A DNA stretch of 64,000 bases from a virus. Both the position numbers and the translations under genes were made by a program. Positions within the stretch are counted from its first letter, which is position 1. Every line of letters starts with the position of its first letter. The DNA lies in UHGV virus genome UHGV-0090440. One strand, given 5' to 3'. Shown piece after piece: positions 17,731-26,473 of the stretch. The notes beneath the pieces were generated by a model. That model was not told where the DNA came from. It made no database searches and worked only from the letters and a program-made list of their open reading frames with translations.

Positions 17731-18415
17731 CTATCAAGAACTGCGCGAGGCGGCGGAACAGGCAACGCAAGATGAATGGGTAGCATATATTTTGCCGGGT
17801 CATAACGGCATTTATCCTGCGCGCACGTCTGAGGGTAGGCATTGCGGATACTTTATTGACTGGCCTGGCATTGATGGACAAAGAAATGCTGGTGCTAATG
17901 CCCGTTATATCGCGGCTATCCCACCAAAAGTTGCGCTGGCACTCCTGGGCGAAATTAAGCGCCTGGAGGACACAAATATTGATGCTATGTGCCGAATAGC
18001 ACCGCTTGAGACTAAGCTCGCGGCTCTGGTGGCAGAGAACGCCGGGCTGAAACTCGCAATGGCTGTAACTCTTAATCATGTGTCGGTCACGGATGCAGGG
18101 CAGGCCGGAGTTGCTGCAATGATAATCAACGATGCTCTGCACCACAGCGAAACCCCAGCCACCGATGCTTTTCTGGCTGAAGGGAAGACTGAAGCACGCA
18201 AGGAAGGCGCTTATTTTGTGGCGAACAGAATGTTGGCAGCCTGGAAAGCTGGTTTTATTGATGATACTGCGAAGAACGCCGCGGATATTGCCCGGATGAT
18301 CCTTACCTCTACTGAGTTTATGGCTAATGCGCCGGAAGGCGATTTTGATCGCTCATTCTCTGATGGCGTTCTCGAAGATATCGCCGAACAGCTTCGTAAA
18401 GGAGTCATCCAATGA
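17717..18415 (+). CDS. Ea22/Ead-like protein (paralogue 3)
   Basis: N-terminus KINYQELREAAEQATQDEW and C-terminal [11 protein letters not shown]...[11 protein letters not shown] shared with paralogues. Confidence 0.4.
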   Translation: MIKINYQELREAAEQATQDEWVAYILPGHNGIYPARTSEGRHCGYFIDWPGIDGQRNAGANARYIAAIPPKVALALLGEIKRLEDTNIDAMCRIAPLETKLAALVAENAGLKLAMAVTLNHVSVTDAGQAGVAAMIINDALHHSETPATDAFLAEGKTEARKEGAYFVANRMLAAWKAGFIDDTAKNAADIARMILTSTEFMANAPEGDFDRSFSDGVLEDIAEQLRKGVIQ

Positions 18416-19122
18416 GCAAGATTGATTATCAAAAGCTTCGTGAAATCGCTGAAAAAACAAAAATTGCTGGTGAAGCACCTGTAATGCCTTTCGATCAGCG
18501 AATTAATGCGCTTAACGATTTTATGAAGCACTTTTCGCCAGATATCGCGCTGGCATTGTTGGATGAATGGGAAAGAAACCAGCAATACATAAAACGCCGC
18601 GATCAGGAGAACGAGGATATTGCGCTAACGGTAGGGAAGCTGCGCGTTGAGCTGGAAGGCAAAGACAGCAAAATAGCCAATCTTACCGCCGAACGCGATG
18701 CTCTTCGTGAAGGTGAGATGGGCGACGCTAGGCATAGCAACACACGGGCCGCAGCTGATATCTACTTCCAACTGGTCGAGGAGTGCGAAATTCCTGCTGG
18801 CGGTTCTCTGGTCGAGTACGTTGACGATATGCGCGAGAAGCTGGAAGCCGCAGAGAAGCGCATTGCAGAACTGGAAAGCAACGAAGTCCGTGAAGTCGGA
18901 AATCAGTTTCTTGTTGTTCGCCATCCTGGGAAAACTCCTGTCATCAAGCACTGCACTGGTGACCTGGAAGAGTTTCTGCGGAAGTTAATCGAACAAGACC
19001 CGTTAGTAACTATCGACATCATTACGCATCGCTATTACGGGATTGGCGGTCAATGGGTTCAGGATGCAGTTGAGTATCTGCATATGATGTCTGACGCTGG
19101 CATTCGCATCAAAGGAGAGTGA
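18412..19122 (+). CDS. Ea22/Ead-like coiled-coil protein (paralogue 4)
   Basis: N-terminus SKIDYQKLREIAEKT and coiled coil LEAAEKRIAELESNE parallel the other paralogues. Confidence 0.4.
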   Translation: MSKIDYQKLREIAEKTKIAGEAPVMPFDQRINALNDFMKHFSPDIALALLDEWERNQQYIKRRDQENEDIALTVGKLRVELEGKDSKIANLTAERDALREGEMGDARHSNTRAAADIYFQLVEECEIPAGGSLVEYVDDMREKLEAAEKRIAELESNEVREVGNQFLVVRHPGKTPVIKHCTGDLEEFLRKLIEQDPLVTIDIITHRYYGIGGQWVQDAVEYLHMMSDAGIRIKGE

Positions 19123-19123
19123 T

Positions 19124-19954
19124 ATGAGCGCTATAACCAAAGATCGACTACTGACAATCAAGCAGTGGCGCGAAACATACGGACCTGGTAGCAACGTTGT
19201 ACTGCCAGCAGAAGAAGCGGAAGAACTGGCGCGGATTGCGCTGACATCGCTGGAAGCAGAGCCTATTGGTGAAGTTTCAGAGAAGCAACATGGCCTTGTT
19301 ATGGATGGGACGGTAGACCTTGGCGGGAAATCAACTTATCGCATCATTAAGGGAGAAAAAGCGATGAAGTTGTTGCCGTTGGGGACGAAGTTTTATACCG
19401 CACCGCCAGCGCCGATAACGCCGGAGGCCATTGAAAACGCAATTGAATACATCCGCAGTATCGCTTTTCACATCGATGAAGACGATTACCACGGCAAACA
19501 TATTGCGTATTTCATGCGACAAGCATTGGCCTGGCTGGAAGGGCATTCATGCAGCGACGACAGACAGGGTAAAGCCGAGAATCAACCAGTACGCGGCAAC
19601 CATGCTGCCGAATCCAATCGCGGTAATGAGTGGACCGGCAATCCTGATATTGATAACGCAATCATCATGCTCGACCGCATAGATACGCTGGAAAATTGCG
19701 ATGATGACCGTATTGAGGCTGTTAAGGCCGTTTTGCGTAGACTGGCTGGCAACCATCCGGATTTTCCGGATAGCTCCCAACAATCGCCCAAGGAAAGCGT
19801 AAAAACCACTCTGGAAAGAGGCTATCTTGAGGCCGCATTAAAGATTAAGCCGGGCCATACGCTAGGCGTCATTGATGCCATGTTGGTTCATGAAATGGCG
19901 AAGGCTTTATTGCCGCTGGTGGCTGATAAAATTCCGAATAAGGCCGATATCTGA
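19124..19954 (+). CDS. hypothetical protein
   Basis: 276-aa ORF, last gene of the plus-strand block, followed by a terminator. Confidence 0.35.
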   Translation: MSAITKDRLLTIKQWRETYGPGSNVVLPAEEAEELARIALTSLEAEPIGEVSEKQHGLVMDGTVDLGGKSTYRIIKGEKAMKLLPLGTKFYTAPPAPITPEAIENAIEYIRSIAFHIDEDDYHGKHIAYFMRQALAWLEGHSCSDDRQGKAENQPVRGNHAAESNRGNEWTGNPDIDNAIIMLDRIDTLENCDDDRIEAVKAVLRRLAGNHPDFPDSSQQSPKESVKTTLERGYLEAALKIKPGHTLGVIDAMLVHEMAKALLPLVADKIPNKADI

Positions 19955-19965
19955 TCACCATGCTA

Positions 19966-19997
19966 AAATCCCCTCAATTCACAGAGGGGATTTTTGT
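19966..19997 (+). terminator. rho-independent terminator
   Basis: Stem atcccctc/gaggggat with 9-nt loop followed by TTTTGT. Confidence 0.55.
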
Positions 19998-19999
19998 AT

Positions 20000-20266
20000 A
20001 TGTTGCATAGAGTTTTATGGAAAAGCGTTATTGTCGGCGCGATCTTGGCTATGTCTGGGTGTGCAATGGTGCAATACAACGACGGTGAAAAGGTAAGCAT
20101 CCAGTCAGATGGCTGGTATGGGCTGGATAGTCTGCAAAAAACCGCAGATAAAGCCTGTCAGCAATATGGGAAGTCTAAAGCCGTATATCAGCATAGCGCG
20201 AACGCTAATCCCCATCTCGCGCCCGGTACGGGCGTTCAGAACACCATTTGGAAATGCGAACCATAA
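20000..20266 (+). CDS. putative small lipoprotein
   Basis: Start at ATG 20000 (MLHRVLWK...); signal-peptide-like segment ending in AMSGC (lipobox-like). Confidence 0.35.
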   Translation: MLHRVLWKSVIVGAILAMSGCAMVQYNDGEKVSIQSDGWYGLDSLQKTADKACQQYGKSKAVYQHSANANPHLAPGTGVQNTIWKCEP

Positions 20267-20305
20267 TGCTGGTGGCATCTTTGTTACAAAGAGGAACACC
20301 TGCTC

Positions 20306-20656
20306 TCAATGCAGGGGATGAGATTTAACGAAATCGATCACCCTATCCTGAACTTCAGAAAGAAGGTCTTTTTCACGCGCCAGGACGTCAGGATATTGAC
20401 GTTCTGGCCTTACCAGATGCCGGAGCTTCCCATTAAGCAGAATGGCCTCAGAAAACACTTTTACGCTGTGCTTTATCCCCTCTGTTTCACTTTTCAGCGT
20501 CAAAATAAAGCGCAATTGCTTATTAGCCTGATTCGGATTCAATACACGAATTTGCAGTTCGGCTATGCTGTTTCGCAATGGGATTGATGCCACCACACTG
20601 GTGCAGTCCCTGATTGTCTGAATTGAACGGCTAACATTGAGAACGTTATTGTGCAT
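20306..20656 (-). CDS. hypothetical protein
   Basis: 116-aa ORF on the opposite strand between the lipoprotein and hot. Confidence 0.25.
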   Translation of the reverse strand: MHNNVLNVSRSIQTIRDCTSVVASIPLRNSIAELQIRVLNPNQANKQLRFILTLKSETEGIKHSVKVFSEAILLNGKLRHLVRPERQYPDVLAREKDLLSEVQDRVIDFVKSHPLH

Positions 20657-20688
20657 GTGCCTGATCCACTAACTCCTGGAGGTTTCTT

Positions 20689-20940
20689 GTGTCAGATCGA
20701 AATATAGCAGCTAAAAGCCAGGAAGAGCGAGACAAGGTGAACGTAGACCTTGCCGCCAGCGGCGTTGCTTACAAAGAACGGCTGAATATACCTGTGATTG
20801 CAGAGCAGGTGGCCCGTGAGCAACCGGAAAACCTGCGCGCCTATTTCATGGAACGGCTACGGCACTACCGGCAGTTAAGCCTCCAGTTGCCAAAAGGGAG
20901 CGATCCGGTGTATCAGAAAGAAGATATAGCCAAAAAATAA
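20689..20940 (+). CDS. hot: homologue of DNA polymerase III theta subunit (Hot)
   Basis: [43 protein letters not shown] aligns closely with E. coli HolE ([44 protein letters not shown]) from memory. Confidence 0.8.
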   Translation: MSDRNIAAKSQEERDKVNVDLAASGVAYKERLNIPVIAEQVAREQPENLRAYFMERLRHYRQLSLQLPKGSDPVYQKEDIAKK

Positions 20941-21038
20941 CGCACCACCAGGCGAGCGCAAAGCATCGCGCTATTGCACACTTCAAGCATCTTTAATGTA
21001 TACTGTATGGATAAACAGTATTCTGAGGTGAAAACGCT

Positions 21039-21428
21039 ATGGGCTTCCCTTCTCCTGCGGCGGATTATGCTGAGAGCCGTATTTCTCTTGATCAGCAGAT
21101 AATTAGACATCCTTCAGCGACCTACTTCATGAGGGCAGCTGATAGTCATCATCGTGAGGGAATATTACAGGGTGCTTTGCTGGTGGTTGATTCCTCGCTT
21201 ACTCCGGTTGATGGTTCTCTGCTTGTGTGCGCTATGGAGGGTGAATATCGCATAAAGAGATACAGGAAGTATCCGCGCCAGCACCTGGAGGATTTAAGCA
21301 CCGGGAGGAAAGAGGCGTTACCAGTGGATGACGATGGATGCACGGGGAGTAATGCTGTTTTTGGTGTGATCACTCATGTCATCAATGATGTCCGAAGTGG
21401 GGAATTTGATGATTGTCCGGTGATTTGA
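21039..21428 (+). CDS. humD: UmuD'-like protein (HumD)
   Basis: GFPSPAADYAE..ISLDQQIIRHPSATYF aligns with UmuD (GFPSPAADYVE..IDLNQLLIQHPSATYF); C-terminus VFGVITHVI matches UmuD VFGVVIHVV. The GDSM Ser-nucleophile motif appears replaced (DSHH), as expected for a pre-processed UmuD' analogue. Confidence 0.75.
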   Translation: MGFPSPAADYAESRISLDQQIIRHPSATYFMRAADSHHREGILQGALLVVDSSLTPVDGSLLVCAMEGEYRIKRYRKYPRQHLEDLSTGRKEALPVDDDGCTGSNAVFGVITHVINDVRSGEFDDCPVI

Positions 21429-21500
21429 GCTGCAAAGTGCTGGTGCTTTATACCTGTGAAGTTTATAGTTGTGTACACATAACGAGCACATGAGGTGTTT

Positions 21501-21722
21501 ATGCAATCCATTAACTTCCGTACCGCGCGCGGCAACCTTTCTGAAGTGCTCAACAATGTTGAAGCCGGGGAAGAGGTTGAAATCACCCGCAGAGGCCGAG
21601 AGCCAGCAGTAATTGTCAGCAAGGCTACTTTTGAAGCCTACAAAAAAGCGGCGCTGGATGCTGAATTTGCATCCCTGTTTGACACCCTGGACTCCACCAA
21701 CAAGGAACTGGTTAACCGATAA
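21501..21722 (+). CDS. phd: Phd antitoxin
   Basis: [39 protein letters not shown]... matches P1 Phd as I recall it; immediately followed by doc. Confidence 0.85.
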
Positions 21723-22102
21723 TGAGGCATATATCACCGGAAGAACTTATTGCGCTTCATGATGCGAATATAAGCCGCTACGGCGGCCTGCCGGGAATGT
21801 CAGATCCGGGTAGGGCAGAGGCCATTATCGGGAGAGTTCAGGCCAGAGTTGCCTACGAAGAGATCACCGACCTTTTCGAAGTCTCCGCCACCTACCTGGT
21901 GGCTACGGCGAGAGGGCATATATTCAATGATGCCAATAAGCGTACCGCGCTAAACAGTGCGCTGCTATTTCTACGCCGTAACGGTATACAGGTATATGAT
22001 TCTCCCGTGCTGGTGGAACTTGCGGTGGGGGCCGCAACTGGTGAAATCCCCGTATCTTCAGTAGCGGAAAAACTACGTGAATTATTTGGTTCCAATATTT
22101 GA
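21722..22102 (+). CDS. doc: Doc toxin (Fic-fold kinase)
   Basis: 126 aa; start overlaps the phd stop; [11 protein letters not shown] Fic-like motif. Confidence 0.85.
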
Positions 22103-22107
22103 AAAGA

Positions 22108-22130
22108 AGCCCGCTCAACCAGGCGGGCTT
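22108..22130. terminator. hairpin terminator between doc and the convergent minus-strand operon
   Basis: aagcccgc-tcaaccag-gcgggctt stem-loop; a T-rich tract follows on the minus strand. Confidence 0.45.
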
Positions 22131-22185
22131 CCTACTATCACTCAATGATTTTTTCTGCTGTCAGCCAGCTAATTCGGTGATGTTT

Positions 22186-22986
22186 TTAGGCGTCAGCATC
22201 CTCCGCTACCTCTGCTTCAACATCAGCCACGGCTTCATCGGACGGTTCTTCTTTGGCCTGCTCTGCAATCGCCGCACGGCATTTTGCCCTTGCTGTGGCG
22301 ATTGCTTCAGCACGCACATCATCAGGAATCATTGACGTGATATACATATCCAGTTCTTCGGCGCGGAACACTGTTTGGTCCAGATATTCGCGTAGCATCC
22401 AGGTAAACTCGAAATCACACGCGATAATCTCTGCGCTACCTTCTGCACCATTTGGGAAATGAATAAATGCCTGTTTAGCCAAACCGATAACACGACATGC
22501 GGTTGCCAAAACAGCGGCAACCAGGTTTACATTTTCACACGCTACGGGCTGATTAACGCCGGAGATTACTCCATTTAACTGTCGGTTATATGGAAGGTAG
22601 TTTGAGATGCGTTCTACGCGCCATGTGCCAGTCAGGCTGCCATTCTTAAAGATAATTGGTGTAACGGATAGCCCAAGCTCGCGTATAAGTCGTTGCGCTA
22701 TAGCAGGATCATTAAACATGTCTAATGCTACACATTCGAAAGACTGTGCAAGGGTAAACAGTTCTTCCAGAGAGTAGTCTTTGCCCCTGGCGGTGATGTA
22801 ACGATGAACGCCGCTTTCTGCATCACTCCATATAGCTACGCCATGCTCTTCATTCAGCTCTTCATTAAAGCCGAGATACGTCATGATAGTACGTTCAATC
22901 GTGTCAAACGGCAGTGACATGTCGGCGTTAACAGCCACCAGCAGGCCATTACGCAAGCGGTATTGAATTGCTTTAGTATTTTCCAC
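22186..22986 (-). CDS. hypothetical protein, acidic C-terminus
   Basis: 266-aa ORF. Confidence 0.35.
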   Translation of the reverse strand: MENTKAIQYRLRNGLLVAVNADMSLPFDTIERTIMTYLGFNEELNEEHGVAIWSDAESGVHRYITARGKDYSLEELFTLAQSFECVALDMFNDPAIAQRLIRELGLSVTPIIFKNGSLTGTWRVERISNYLPYNRQLNGVISGVNQPVACENVNLVAAVLATACRVIGLAKQAFIHFPNGAEGSAEIIACDFEFTWMLREYLDQTVFRAEELDMYITSMIPDDVRAEAIATARAKCRAAIAEQAKEEPSDEAVADVEAEVAEDADA

Positions 22987-22992
22987 GTTAAA

Positions 22993-23655
22993 TCACTCCA
23001 CTACAAACCAGTCACATGCCAGTAAGTCGCCTACAGAAGGAACCCACGGAACAACTACACCTTGTGCATTTTTTAAGGCGAAATAAGCACCATACGGAAC
23101 GAGATCGCCGGGGAAATATCCCTTAATGGCTTCCATTCGTGCCGGGTACTGTCCTTCAGGAACCAGCCAGCAGAATTGGTTTTCGCCGTTCCACCCGCGC
23201 CGGGCAACTTTCTTGCCATCCTTCAGCCACATCAGCGCGTCAGAAAAGTCGGCTGCTTCAAGGTCGATTTCTTCTTGTAGAGTAGCGATACCGCCAGCAG
23301 AAATAGTTACGTCCCTGGCTGTAATGAATGTCACCCCATTGTGACCTTCAATGCTGAGCGATACCCCATTTTCGGAGGCGACGTTAACCCGGCTATAGCA
23401 TTTTTCAAATGCTTTCTCTGGCACATAGACCAGATAGCCATTTTCAGCAGTGACGAGATATCCTCCTATTTGCGGTCGGAATTTTTCCAAGAACGCACCA
23501 TCAACACGAAGCGTCATTCCTTTTGGCTCAACGACTTCGATACTGCCAAAAATGGGCGCATAAGCTTTGCCGACAATAACAATATCTTTGATTTTCGATG
23601 CCCGAATGATGCTGTGGCATTTGTATTTGGGGAACACCTGAAAAGTGCTGACCAT
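22993..23655 (-). CDS. hypothetical protein (DUF2829-like C-terminal motif)
   Basis: C-terminal W..KDGKKV.RRGW...VP....GDLLACDW resembles the DUF2829 signature as I recall it. Confidence 0.35.
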   Translation of the reverse strand: MVSTFQVFPKYKCHSIIRASKIKDIVIVGKAYAPIFGSIEVVEPKGMTLRVDGAFLEKFRPQIGGYLVTAENGYLVYVPEKAFEKCYSRVNVASENGVSLSIEGHNGVTFITARDVTISAGGIATLQEEIDLEAADFSDALMWLKDGKKVARRGWNGENQFCWLVPEGQYPARMEAIKGYFPGDLVPYGAYFALKNAQGVVVPWVPSVGDLLACDWFVVE

Positions 23656-23669
23656 AATCCTTCCTCTAC

Positions 23670-24164
23670 TTAAAACTTTGCGTACTGAAGCGGTGTACGC
23701 TTGATTTCAACGCGGTCTTCCGATGTGCTACCAAAGCCACCAGCGCCTCGCTCTGTTTCATCGAGTTCATCAACTTCTACCAGCGATACCGGTTCAACAC
23801 GCTCAAAAATGCCTTGCATGACCGCCATTCCTGGCTTGAGGCAAACGCCTTCACCACCGGGATCTGTAATCAGTTTTGCCATGATTTCACCGCGATAATC
23901 GGAGTCGATAATTCCTACGCAGTTAGCCAGGCGAGTATGTTTTTTGCAGCCCAATCCGGAACGCGGATAGAGTTTCAGACACCAGCCGGGCGGGATCTCC
24001 ATAGCCAGTCCGGTGTACACCCACCAGCTTGAGGAAATTGCACCATTGCTATCGACACATGGTTTTATTTCAACAGCCTCAAAATCCATCGCCGCCGATC
24101 CGGAGGTGGCATAAGCTGGAAGTTTTGCTGCCGGATGTAGGCGTTTCACTTTTACGTAAATCAT
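23670..24164 (-). CDS. dut: dUTPase (trimeric dUTP diphosphatase)
   Basis: Conserved dUTPase motifs: AMDF, RSG, IIDSDYRGEI, and C-terminal ERGAGGFGSTS. Confidence 0.8.
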   Translation of the reverse strand: MIYVKVKRLHPAAKLPAYATSGSAAMDFEAVEIKPCVDSNGAISSSWWVYTGLAMEIPPGWCLKLYPRSGLGCKKHTRLANCVGIIDSDYRGEIMAKLITDPGGEGVCLKPGMAVMQGIFERVEPVSLVEVDELDETERGAGGFGSTSEDRVEIKRTPLQYAKF

Positions 24165-24637
24165 TGTTTTTTAGCTCTCTGCGTGAAGGTGTAAACCCGA
24201 CGTTTGATATGTGGAACGGTAGGAACAGGAATACAGGAACTTTCAATAACTCCTTGCTCCTCCAGCGATCGCACCGCCCGCAAGAACTGCGACGTGTCGC
24301 CGCCAAACTGGCGGGCATAGGTGCTGCCGTTATGAAGTATTTGAGCTATTACCCGGGCTTTTGTCTGGCTGTCACGATATGCGAATAGCCGCACGGCCTC
24401 TTCTGGCGCAATCGATAACTGATAGCCTTTACCGGCACGGTGTCGAATGAATCCATGCGCCAGTAGGTTTTTGAGTTCGTTACGAGTGCGAACAGATCCG
24501 TAATCCAGGAAGTGTGGATTGATAACGACTGGCTTAAACCATTCCGTAGGTGCTTTAGCTAATAGAGCTAACAGCTTCCCGGACAATCCTGGATAGGAAG
24601 ACGGGTAACAATTCAGAGATGGGTAATAAGTTTTCAC
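24161..24637 (-). CDS. hypothetical protein
   Basis: 158-aa ORF overlapping the neighbouring stop. Confidence 0.3.
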   Translation of the reverse strand: MKTYYPSLNCYPSSYPGLSGKLLALLAKAPTEWFKPVVINPHFLDYGSVRTRNELKNLLAHGFIRHRAGKGYQLSIAPEEAVRLFAYRDSQTKARVIAQILHNGSTYARQFGGDTSQFLRAVRSLEEQGVIESSCIPVPTVPHIKRRVYTFTQRAKKQ

Positions 24638-24990
24638 CGACGCCCCCTTGCCGGATATCGACCTGCATTAGTATCCGGTGCAATAAAGCCGGTAGTGGGG
24701 CGAGTGAAAGCGAGATTAATCTTCTCGACCATAGTGCGATAATTTTCCTGATAGTGGGCCAGGAGTTTTTCGGCGGCAATGATGGTTACTTTCCGGACGT
24801 AGCTTTCTGCTTCCTCCAGATTTCGCCAGTTTTTTTCGAGGGTAAACACAGGGACGGCCTCAAGCCCGGTCATGATGCCGAATACAACGACAGCATGACT
24901 GTTCTTAACACCAGCGGCGAAGGTTACGGTGTAACCATCCACCGTGAAGCGTCTTGATTCCGTGATTTGACTCTGCAAAGCACCCTCCAA
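24634..24990 (-). CDS. hypothetical protein
   Basis: 118-aa ORF, first gene of the minus-strand block downstream of dre. Confidence 0.3.
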   Translation of the reverse strand: MEGALQSQITESRRFTVDGYTVTFAAGVKNSHAVVVFGIMTGLEAVPVFTLEKNWRNLEEAESYVRKVTIIAAEKLLAHYQENYRTMVEKINLAFTRPTTGFIAPDTNAGRYPARGRR

Positions 24991-25034
24991 AATAGGCGAG
25001 GGTACTTTACAGCAAAGATAACAATCTAAAAAGA

Positions 25035-25046
25035 TGTGTTAGAAAT
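25035..25046. promoter_or_regulatory. operator-like motif TGTGTTAGAAAT
   Basis: Single copy between the dre stop and the start of the 24990 gene. Confidence 0.4.
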
Positions 25047-25051
25047 TTAAT

Positions 25052-26080
25052 TTACGAATCCATCAAGCGGCTATTAGCCCCCACAGACACACCGCCACGG
25101 CGCAGATACCGCATAAGTGTTTCCGGTTTCTTCCAGGTTCCTTCCTGCATGATCTCCACCATAGACACCTGCTTTTCAGCCATATCAATAGCGGCCCCGA
25201 CGCGTGCACTATGCCCGGTCCACGTCCGGTATCTTCCTTTGTTTGGCGTAGCATCCCTTTTATTCAGCAACCCCCAGGCGTCGCTGAATATTTTCTCCAT
25301 TGCAGGTGCAGTAAGGGGCGTTGTCGTAATCCTGGCCTTATTGCTACGGTGTATCGGCGGGAACAGCACCGCGTCAGGATGTTCACGAAGCCCGGAAACA
25401 TCCAGCCAGTCATTCAGCACAGCAGTAGTGCGACGGGAAAGCACCTTATCAAGCCCGGCGGCGGTCGTTATTGTCTTCGTGTGTGAAATATGTAGCGTGA
25501 CAGTGTCACCTATTTGGTCCAGATCTCCTACACGAATACGCGAGATTTCCGACATACGCATCAGCGTATTGTATGCAACAAAGAGAAAAGCCCGGTTGCG
25601 CTGGTCCACCAGCCGTTCTGACCTGGACAGCAGGACGTCGAGCAGTTTCAGGTCGTCCCACCGCAACGGTATAGCCTGGCCTGTTCGCTCGCCTTTTCCC
25701 GTTGCCGCTTCGCGCCGGATGCGCCGCATGGCCAGAGACACACTTTTATCGTCCGACAGCGGCGGGAGGCCACATTGCGAAAGCAGCATGTTAAGCATGG
25801 CATAGTGCTTATCAATGGTGGTCGAAGCCAGATCGGCATCATGCAACTGAAGAAAATACTCGCGGGCCATTTCTGGTGAGATCGGAAACCAGGCAAGCTG
25901 GCGAGCGTGACACCAGCGCGCCCAGGAATGAAACACCAACCGGAGGTCGCGCAGAGTATTCGGCGCATAAGCCCCCTGGTCATTCATGAACCGCATAAAG
26001 TTTTCTGCGGCTTCCTGGTACTCTTTGCCAATGTTGCGCAGAAAACCACCGGAACTGCCAGAGATAATCAACTCACTCAT
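25052..26080 (-). CDS. dre: Cre-family tyrosine recombinase (Dre-like)
   Basis: 342 aa, collinear with P1 Cre (WFP, NML, MRRIR, AYNTL.R..EI.RIRV.D, WSGHSARVGAA.DMA...EIMQ.G.W), with the catalytic R..H..R..Y arrangement, but only about one third identical to Cre. The sequence matches Dre of phage D6 as I recall it. Confidence 0.85.
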   Translation of the reverse strand: MSELIISGSSGGFLRNIGKEYQEAAENFMRFMNDQGAYAPNTLRDLRLVFHSWARWCHARQLAWFPISPEMAREYFLQLHDADLASTTIDKHYAMLNMLLSQCGLPPLSDDKSVSLAMRRIRREAATGKGERTGQAIPLRWDDLKLLDVLLSRSERLVDQRNRAFLFVAYNTLMRMSEISRIRVGDLDQIGDTVTLHISHTKTITTAAGLDKVLSRRTTAVLNDWLDVSGLREHPDAVLFPPIHRSNKARITTTPLTAPAMEKIFSDAWGLLNKRDATPNKGRYRTWTGHSARVGAAIDMAEKQVSMVEIMQEGTWKKPETLMRYLRRGGVSVGANSRLMDS

Positions 26081-26232
26081 GGAACTATTTCACCTCTATA
26101 TACAGATGACGCTACGCGAAAAATATAAAAATGACAGGGTAGCTATAAGTTAATTTTCAAAATACAAGCCTTTGATTCGAAGCACGTATTTTCAGTGATG
26201 TCAATACTGTTCATCTACACATGATTATAGTC

Positions 26233-26264
26233 TAACTTTAAATAATGCCAATTATTTAAAGTTA
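26233..26264. promoter_or_regulatory. rox-like recombination site (lox analogue)
   Basis: TAACTTTAAATAAT-GCCA-ATTATTTAAAGTTA: perfect 14-bp inverted repeats around a 4-bp spacer, about 150 bp upstream of dre. The arm shares TAACTT with loxP (ATAACTTCGTATA) and the site matches the published rox sequence as I recall it. Confidence 0.8.
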
Positions 26265-26364
26265 TAAAATGCCGATTTTTTTGTAATCCATCATAGATTG
26301 ATGATGGACAGTAACACGTTGCCTTCATGGTCTTTAATTTGCGAAGTGTGGTTTCAACGGTTGG

Positions 26365-26374
26365 TTTTCTAACG
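26365..26374. promoter_or_regulatory. operator-like motif TTTTCTAACG
   Basis: Copy in the dre / 26474 divergent intergenic region. Confidence 0.3.
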
Positions 26375-26447
26375 TTGATGACAAAAAAATCATAGTCCGA
26401 TCCTTTACTCGCTCTGTTATTCGACATAAATTTGTCATAGTAATTTT

Positions 26448-26460
26448 ATGTTAGAAAACT
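26448..26460. promoter_or_regulatory. operator-like motif ATGTTAGAAAACT
   Basis: 14 nt upstream of the 26474 start codon. Confidence 0.4.
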
Positions 26461-26473
26461 AAATCGCGTAGGA

